From the human T2T-CHM13v2.0 reference genome, Homo sapiens: a stretch of DNA of 64,000 nt. The stretch is from assembly GCF_009914755.1 (NCBI RefSeq), contig NC_060937.1, one strand, 5' to 3'. The notes below the pieces were generated by a model. The model saw only the letters and a program-made list of their open reading frames with translations, ran no database searches and had not been told where the DNA came from. A program made the translations under genes and the position numbers. Numbering within the stretch: position 1 is the stretch's first letter; each line of letters opens with the position of its first letter. This document shows positions 53,905 through 64,000 of the stretch, in pieces.

Positions 53905-54430
53905 CAATACACTTGAGCATTGTGTTTGACTGTGAGCAACAGAAACCGCTCAGGTCTAGTCTTAAATGCATTAGGGGTTGCATTTTCTCACATACAAAAA
54001 TCTGGAGTCAGGTGGTCCGTGGCTGGTATAGCATTCTACGGTGTCACCAAGGAGTCAGTTCCTTTTAGTTTTCAGTTCTGCCAGTTTTTAAATGTATGCT
54101 TTTGCCTTATGGTCATCAGCCAGTGTGGGGTGCATATTCCACAAAGGACAAAGGGGAGGCCTGAAGGGCAAAGGATGTACGCTGACTGATTCCATCCACC
54201 TTGTGTGGTGTTGACAAGCTCCCAAGACCTCCACTCACTAGGCTACTGCTTCATCATGTTGTCCCCTGACGCAAAAATGACTAGAAAACAAGGTTTTTGT
54301 TTGTTTGTTTGTTTTGTTTTGTTTTTTACACTCATTGCCTTAAAAGAAATGGGTTCTTTTAAAAATGGTTCTCTTCAAGGGAAAAAGGTCAGAACAAATA
54401 TAAGCAGGCAATTAGTAGTGTCTGCCATAG
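53905..54430 (-). mobile_element. Old MaLR LTR (MLT1L-like)
   Basis: GAGCAACAGAAACC...TCTGGAGTCAGGTGGTCC...GTCACCAAGGA...GGCAATTAGTAGTGTCTGCCA. Confidence 0.55.
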
Positions 54431-56904
54431 TATTATAGAAAAGAGAGGTGACTCTGTAATACTGTATCAATACTGTATCCTAGTGCTTTTGACAATCTCT
54501 GTCTTAGAAACACCAGAGGAGTTCCATGTGCTTCTTTGTGGTGCTTTCAAAAACAGAGGGTTTAAGTTGACATTAAATTTCAGGAAATTGAATGAGGATG
54601 TCATGAAAGAAAGACAATCTCCCTAAAACATGTTTCTTTTCATTTATGAATAGGGACTAGTTCATCTCCTTAGTTCTTGGAGACACAATTTGCCTGCTTC
54701 TCTATGGACCCCAATCTATAGGCTGACACTGAGCATAGGACATCCCTTTGTCAGGGGGAGTTTTTCCATTTGACCCTCCCCAGCCTCAGAGTCTTCTTGC
54801 AATACCTTCTTTCACTAGTAACCCTCTGGAAATACTGGAATTCCATTTTTGCCTCACCCCCAGTTTTACTAACAATTTATAATCTGTTACAGTTAGTTAT
54901 CCAGTTTCTTTTTACCTTTTAAAAATATAACCTCTAACTTATCTTAAAAGAAAAGAGTTATAGACACTATATGCAGTCAGCTGGTGGTCAATAAGTATTT
55001 ATTGTGTCTACTATGTCCATGTGCTGTGAACATCGCTAGGCCTTTGGTCTTTCCTTCCTTTGTGCATGGTCCAAATATAGGCTGCGAGCCTGGACCATCA
55101 GACCTACTGCTCAGGCTCCTCCTGCCAAAGGGTTTGGACTTCATGACCACAGGCCTTTGGTTATAAAAGAGAGAGAAGCAAGAAAGCTTCCTGTGTGTAG
55201 TGAAAGCCCATTTGGACAGGAGCCATTACAGCTATGGAGGTTGAGAGATATGCCTATTAGCAGGGATGAATAAAACCATGAGGTGACTAATGTGTATGTT
55301 CAATATGAATGGTTGTGTCTCTCCTGCAGGAGAGATGATTGCTTCTTGGACAATAGCATTGCATCAAGGAAGATGCTCTTACTTATATATTACTGCCTTT
55401 TTGAATGTCAGTGTTACATCTTGCCATCCACCTTTTAGTATTAAGCAAAATGCAGAAATAAAATGATTTAAATGAAGGGAGCTGTATAATTTTGCCTGGA
55501 GATGTACTGAAAAATTAGGCTATACGTTAGGGAAAAGATTTTTACCCATTTGCTCAGTAATTTAACTTCTCCCTGACCTCCATTTTAAGACATATTGATG
55601 CCACAGTTCTGCCAGCTTGTTAAATTCTAGTTTTTCAGTGGCTTATGAAACTAAGGTTGCTTTATCAAAATCAACACTGCAGAATAGTGTACTCCAGGTG
55701 GCTAGAAAACCGACAGCTTTATCCCTCTTCTTTCTATGAATGGATGGAGATTTTAACTCTAAATTGCTTTAATATGTCCTAAGAAAGGAGATTGCAGATG
55801 TACAACAACCCGTACTTTCCAAAGAGTCCCCCAATCGACATCTGGTAATTTTGAATGATTACATAATTAACTTGTACTTAAAAGGAGGAAAAAGTTTCTT
55901 ACCCATTTTGGGAAGAAATAGCTTACAGGAGAGCTACTCTATCTAAAGTTCAGAGCATGAAGAAATATCATATTTGTAACAAATCTGGGAGATAATGATA
56001 AAGACGTCTTCACTTATCATTTGTGTGCCTATTTAAGGCCTTCTGGCACATTCCTTGGCTGTTTTAAGAGTTTTGATTAATTGGGCTGTGGAGCTATCGT
56101 GCAATGCATAGGTTTCTCTATGGAAAATAATTCTAACTTGCAAATTAAACCTGAACTAATAGTAGGTGTTTAGTGTTCTTGATTAGACAAAAAGCCTTAA
56201 CAAATTGAAAAAAGGATTTCAAAAGACAGATTGAGTTGGTTTGCTGAATTTAGGGAAATGCTTGGTCTGACAGTTAATCAATTGAAATACTTGCCATTGA
56301 AAGATTGTGTTACTAATTCTCCTCACAATTTATCTTTCTTTTCTCATTTCTTCTAAATAAAGGCTCAGAAATTACTGTCTTTGCCAATGAAGTGACCTAT
56401 TTAGCATTTGGCTTTCCTGAAATGGGGTTGGCTAACCAGCAAAACTCTTAAGAAAGCCAAATTCTGCTTCTGAAAACCATCAGATTATGTTTTATAAGGT
56501 TCTTCACAATCATGGCATATGTAAGATGAAACACAGATGGGTGATGTCTTCTAAACTCTAATGACTTGACAGCAATTCAGAAATCTTGATGGATAGAGGC
56601 AAATCTTTAAGAAGAATGTACCAACTCAGCACACTTAGGTTTTGACTCACTTATTTTATTGAGAATGGGTATTGCTGTGCCTGGGAATCAGTAGATCAGG
56701 TTTGGACTCCTGCCTCAGCTATAGGAATAATAAATTATAAATATAAAAATTTAAAATGTAAATATTAATCAGAAATTATGCTTCCTGAGCTAATCAGTTG
56801 CTTTTTTCCCCATTAAAATATAGCTGAGGATAAATGACATTCACAACCTAAAGGATGAAATATTAAGTACATTTAATTTTGTATGTAGTCTGCTCAAATT
56901 TTAA

Positions 56905-57268
<364 letters not shown>

Positions 57269-57372
57269 TGAAAAATACCTTAAAAATACATTTAGCATAA
57301 AAGAAAAAAGAATAGAAAACATTGACAAAAGTGAAAAAAAAAAAAGAAAAATTGCCAGAAAATTGAGAATGA

Positions 57373-58170
<798 letters not shown>

Positions 58171-58704
58171 TAATCTCAATTCACTGCGTTAGGAAGGAGA
58201 AAAATAAACAAATTGGGAACAACTTCATTTTCTTTTATTAGTTTCTACTTTAGGCATCCTTGACAAAGAGCCTGTTTTAGAGATTTACACGTGTAAGGCT
58301 AGAGTCACTTTTGTCCAAGGGTGATTTTATTTTCTCTGTCTATGGTTATCAGAGAATTAGAGGACAAACTGATTGCAGCATTGGAAGACTAGGTTTAAAT
58401 CAGTTCAAACAGCCTACAAACACCACATATATGATGGTCTGCCTCAGGCCATTGTATACTAGGGGAGGTCCCAGGATTTACTTCCCTTTCTGTCACCTCT
58501 GCAGAGGTGGAGGGAGAAATGGCTGGGATTAGTAGCCCTTCTGTCTTCACCAGCTGCAGAGGGAACCCAGGAATCCCCTCCAACTGCTGCACACAGTGTG
58601 CAGAAGAAAGAAGAGCAATCCTATTTTTGCTGGTTAAGAAATCCATAGGGAGAGAAATGTTCTTGGCATTCTCGTATTGGAATAATTGATACATTTCCTT
58701 ATAG

Positions 58705-58990
58705 AAACCAGAGCATTGCTTCCACAAAACATTAACAACATTACATGCAGGAGTATGAAGAATGTGAAAATGTCAGACAAGTTTGGGAAATGCTTGGTTA
58801 AATACTTTAGCCTTTTTTTTTTATGAAGCAATAGGTATATAACACTTTAGTACATGTGACACACTTCCTTAGGGGCATGTATGGGGGACCCTGAATGCAG
58901 TATTTCTCAAACTGCTGTGACCATTAACTCTTTCTCCAGGAACATCATGTGAGACTAGTATTTCTTGGAAATCACTTTGGAAAATGCTGC
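58705..58990. mobile_element. hAT-Charlie-type MITE, similar to 23258-23568
   Basis: AAGTTTGGGAAATGCTTGGTTAAA...CAGTATTTCTCAAACT...CACTTTGGAAAATGCTG. Confidence 0.45.
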
Positions 58991-59089
58991 CCCTGACCAA
59001 ACCATTTTTAACTCAAGCCTCAAGTGTACAATGGACTTTTAACTTCAGTTTCTCTATCCTTTTGTGCCTACCATAGCCATATTTCCTTG

Positions 59090-59235
59090 ACATGAATTTA
59101 TTGAATAGTATTGATTAATTGAGTGTCTACTATGTACCTACTCTTTGCTTGGTGCTGGGGATACAAAGATGAATATGACATATGGTTCATGTCTTCAGAA
59201 AGTTTGTACTCTACAAGAGGAACCAGACACAATGC
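59090..59235 (-). mobile_element. L2 3' end
   Basis: ATTGAGTGTCTACTATGTACC...GGTGCTGGGGATACAAAGATGAATA. Confidence 0.7.
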
Positions 59236-59624
59236 AAATGACCAGGTCAAGTGCTCAAAAGCCACATGAATGCGGGACTCGGCTATGACTTGTCAGGGAT
59301 TTGCATCTATCTAAGCCCCTCTCTCTGGACCTCTTAATCTTCAGTGGTGCCCTCATATCACTGACAGAGCTGAGAAAAATATTTCTCCTTTCCAAATGCT
59401 ACCATCTTCATCAGCCATATGACTCGTCATCAATCTCCTTTGACCAACACTCAGAAAACACTTTAATGTTCTTGCCAAAATCACAAGGAATTTTTTTTTC
59501 TGGTTATGAAAACATAATCATGACTACCAAATTATACACCAATTCCCTGCTTCAGGATAATTTTGTAAAAATAAAAAAAAATCCACCAACAGCGTATTTA
59601 GAAAAACTCTCAAAGATTCTCAGA

Positions 59625-59915
59625 AGCTGGGTGCAGGTAGCTCACTCCTGTAATCCCAGCACTTTGGGAGGCCAAGGTGGGTGAATCGCTTGAGTCCAGG
59701 AGTTAGAGACCAGCCTGGCCAATATAGGGAAACCCCGTCTCTACAAAAAAATGCAAAAATTAGCTGGGCATGGTGGCACATGCCTGTAATCCAAGCTACT
59801 CAGGTGGCTGTGGTGGGAGGATTGCTTGAGCCTGGGGGACGGAGGTTACCAGTCAGCCAAGATCACACCACTGCACTTCAACCTGGGTGATAGAGAGAGA
59901 CCCTGTCTCAAAAAA
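59625..59915 (+). mobile_element. Alu (Jb-like)
   Basis: Full dimer. Confidence 0.92.
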
Positions 59916-59979
59916 TATATACATTTTAAGAGCATTTATATTGTATTCTAATAAAGTTATGGTGGCAGATATAAATACC

Positions 59980-60142
59980 GTCCTTGCTGTTCAAGGTGTG
60001 ATCCACTGACCATCAGCCTCAGCATCAGGGAACTTGATAAAAATACAGAATCTCAGGCCCAGCCTTAGACCTCCTGAATCAGAATCTACAGTTCACATGA
60101 TCCCTGAGTGACTCAGATGTACAAAGATCTTGGAAAGTCACT
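59980..60142. mobile_element. MER5A (hAT-Charlie)
   Basis: AAATACAGAATCTCAGGCCCAGCCTTAGACCTCCTGAATCAGAATCT. Confidence 0.75.
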
Positions 60143-61486
60143 AAATTATAAGCATAAAAGGTTTTTAAACACCAAAATAGTTGTAGTGGTAATGCTGACA
60201 GATTATATTTTTATATCATGCTTTAGGAGCTTTCTGCCAAAACACTAATAAATATCATTTCAGAAGATAATTAAAATATAGTTATAATCTCAGTCTGCCT
60301 AGAGCTCACAAACTTGTAGGGATGACAAACTTCTGTGAGAGCCAGAAATGTGTGTCACCAACTCAATATAGTAAACCAGGAAAGGCTTTAGTTTTTCCAA
60401 ACTGAAAAAAAAAATTGAATATAATGTTTCCACTTGACCAACTCCCAAGGATGCAGCAATCTTTAACATGTATTTATGGAACACAGTATTATGCATTGAG
60501 AAAGAACTGTGTAACCAACATTCTTACAAATCATGTTTTGATGAGAATTTTCTCCAGCAAATATTTTCTCCATTATAAAATCTTCAAAAGTATGCTTGGA
60601 TAAACCGTAATTATGGAAAACTTTATAATTATGTATGCAAGCTCAGTGCAATCTACAGTAGGCTATATGGGTTGCATTCACAGAAAGTTGCAGCAATTTG
60701 CTGGAGCTGAGACACACAACCCTCAGTAATACAATAACCAACAGAATTCTGTTAGCCAGTAGGCCAAAATATATAGAGAAATATTTTTATTGATTTTATT
60801 TAAAAAATATTTAACTGCAATCAGAAAAGTTTTATGTAGAAAAGTTGCAGCATTTGTCTAAAAGTATAATTTGTTACTTCAGTAAATGTTCTGCAGATTG
60901 GACATTTTACTATTGAAGTACAAGGTTGGCACTGACTTTTACACAGTGATTTGAGGCAAACACTTTACCTCATACAAATTATGCATTAAGTGCCTCTTTA
61001 AATCAGGTACTGGTGGTATAGACGAATATGGCCCTACTCCCTGGGAACTTATCTACTCTGTAATGTTTATCTTTACCTATTCTAGTCTTGGTCCAGCAAG
61101 ATGGAGTTGAGGTACCCAATTGTTAATATGTATGCCAATATTTTCTTTAAGCTATGTTGCGAAATAAACTATAACACAATAAATATTTTTTCCTGTTCAA
61201 TTAATAATATTTTTAAAAATTCCTTATTTAGGTCCTTCTCTCCTATCCCCAAATGGTCTTACACAGTCTTGGAATTTTTAGCAATAAACTTTAGAAATCA
61301 TAGAGGCCTCTGAAACAACAGAGGAGGCTAAGGATGGAGTGAGGCTGCCACATACGGTAACTCGTTCATCAACAACTATTTCAGTCGGTCATCAATATTT
61401 TTTTCCAACTCCATCAATAATTTGGAGTGCAGTTTCAACTTCATTGACAGGTTATTATGCATTGTGAGTCTACAGGCTTAGTGTAG

Positions 61487-61991
<505 letters not shown>

Positions 61992-62699
61992 TAGCTATGA
62001 CTAATGATTAATGGAATACTTTAGAGTACTGAGGGTTTTATATACACCAGATGATAACGTATTCTTTAAATGCATGATCATATACCAATTGCCAGGCTCT
62101 TCCAGAAAAAAACACAACAAATAACTCAGAAATACAATCCTAAGGATCATCTTGTCTAAGAGATTTTTTTTTCTTAGGAGATATGTAAGAAACTGTAATA
62201 CTTTGATATTAGCAACAGCTTCTCTTCCTGGTGTATTCTCATTTTAGCTTACAATTGTAATGTATTTCACTTAAAATTTAGTAGGCTCAATTCTTCTTAC
62301 TTAACCACCTTGCCCTTCCTGGGTGTTTATATGAGGCCGTGAAGACCTCACCAAAGTCCAGTGTTCAGGTGATAGATTGCATGAGAACGGCCTGAGTGAG
62401 AGTCCTCCCCAAAAGACCAAGCAGTAGCCCAGGAACTTTGGACAGGTTGGGTACAAATGGCTGGAAATTCTCAAAGGGGTGATGCTGGAGGGTGTATTTG
62501 ATAGAGACCAAAAGTATCCTAAGGTTTAGAGACACATCATCTCAGTGATATTGGAAGCTGAGGATAGCAGCTGTGTAACATCCCAAGGTGGTGTGTGAGA
62601 CTTTAGCTTTCCTCCAACCCTTCCATTTTCCTCCATGATAGAAAAAAAATTCCTTTTGTTGTGTTTTTAAACTACATTTTACCTACATTTAAAAAAATA

Positions 62700-62920
62700 G
62701 TTAAGCCATGTAGTGCTTGCTATGTGCCAGTTATGACTAGGTATTTTGTTTATACAATTAACTGATTGACACTATATTGCATATACTTTCCCCTTTTACA
62801 GATGAGGAAACTGAGGCATGGGAGGTGAAAAAACATTTTCTCAAGGACATAGACAGTATGTGCAAGAGGTGGGATTTAACTCTGGAGTTTAGCTAACAAG
62901 TCTCGTGCTCTTAATTCCCG
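62700..62920 (-). mobile_element. MIR
   Basis: TTTTACAGATGAGGAAACTGAGGCA core. Confidence 0.8.
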
Positions 62921-63102
62921 TTGTCTACTGTTTCATCTTATAATTCTATTAAATGAGCTATCATACAAAAATATAAAACACAGGGTCTGCACATAGAAGG
63001 TGCAACAAATTTTAGCTCCCTTTGTGTAAAAATGCTGATTCATACGCTTCCTTCTAGGAATGACAGGGTCCATTATTGCTCAGTGGTTAAGATTGCAGAC
63101 AA

Positions 63103-63343
<241 letters not shown>

Positions 63344-64000
63344 CTAACCTTGCCATTCCTCGCTAGCTGTGTGGCCACGGGCAAGTGTCCTCGTTTGTAA
63401 CCGGGGATAACCAGAGTAGCTATCCCAGAAGGTTTCTGTGAGGTCGAATGAGATATCATGTAAAGTTCTTGTACAATTCTCGGTATATAGTAATCACTCA
63501 CTAAATTTTTTTGTTGTTATTAGGAAGCTTATATGGAGTGATTTAATACCCAGCATTCCATTGGGAACATAGTAGACAGTAAGTAAATATTTGATGAATG
63601 ACTGAATGAACGTATGACTTAATTAATTTGCCCAAGTTTGATTTGCCCTAGGGATGACTGGGGGCCAGAGAGGTTGTATAACATTTTCCTGCTCCCTGAA
63701 GGATACCAGGATGACTCAGCAAGCCTTCATTCTGGCATTTGACAGTGATGTGCTAAGCTGTTTGAACACTGTCTGACTTTGACATGATCCAAACTCTGAC
63801 ACATTTCATGGTTTTAGACACTGACAAACCCAAGCCAGGCCAGCCCCAAGGTGCTAAGAGTTGCTGCAGATAGGGGCATAGCCGGAAGAAAATAGTTATT
63901 TAACATTGTTCACTAAATGTAATGCATATGACTTTCAATGACCAGGCCTTACTCAATTACAATGATTTCTTTTAAAAAATGTCTATATAATAAAGACATT

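Overview
Simian-primate (very probably human) genomic DNA, AT-rich and repeat-rich, with no supportable protein-coding exon. The one clear gene feature is a ~3.3 kb CpG island (~8950-12290). It holds a non-coding first exon on the minus strand (~9704-9890, donor CAG|GTCTGT) and a second upstream donor (CGG|GTAAGT at 9935/9934). From memory, not a search, the exon matches the KLF12 5' UTR. On that reading, 1-9703 is the start of intron 1 and ~12300-64000 is upstream intergenic DNA. The rest is about 20 Alus (J, S, Y and one monomer), MIR, L2, L1M fragments, Tigger and Charlie DNA-transposon relics, MaLR LTRs and microsatellites. The listed ORFs look like artefacts of GC-richness, Alus or simple repeats. 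I do not see a convincing new biological system. The most unusual structures are: (1) a tailless tRNA-Cys retropseudogene beside an AluY, with three copies of one 17-bp target site; (2) an apparently complete ancient MaLR LTR-internal-LTR relic whose two LTRs disagree; (3) the splice-site layout of the promoter (possible AG|GT ratchet site and back-to-back donors on both strands). Repeat subfamily names are recalled from consensus sequences and boundaries of old repeats are approximate.
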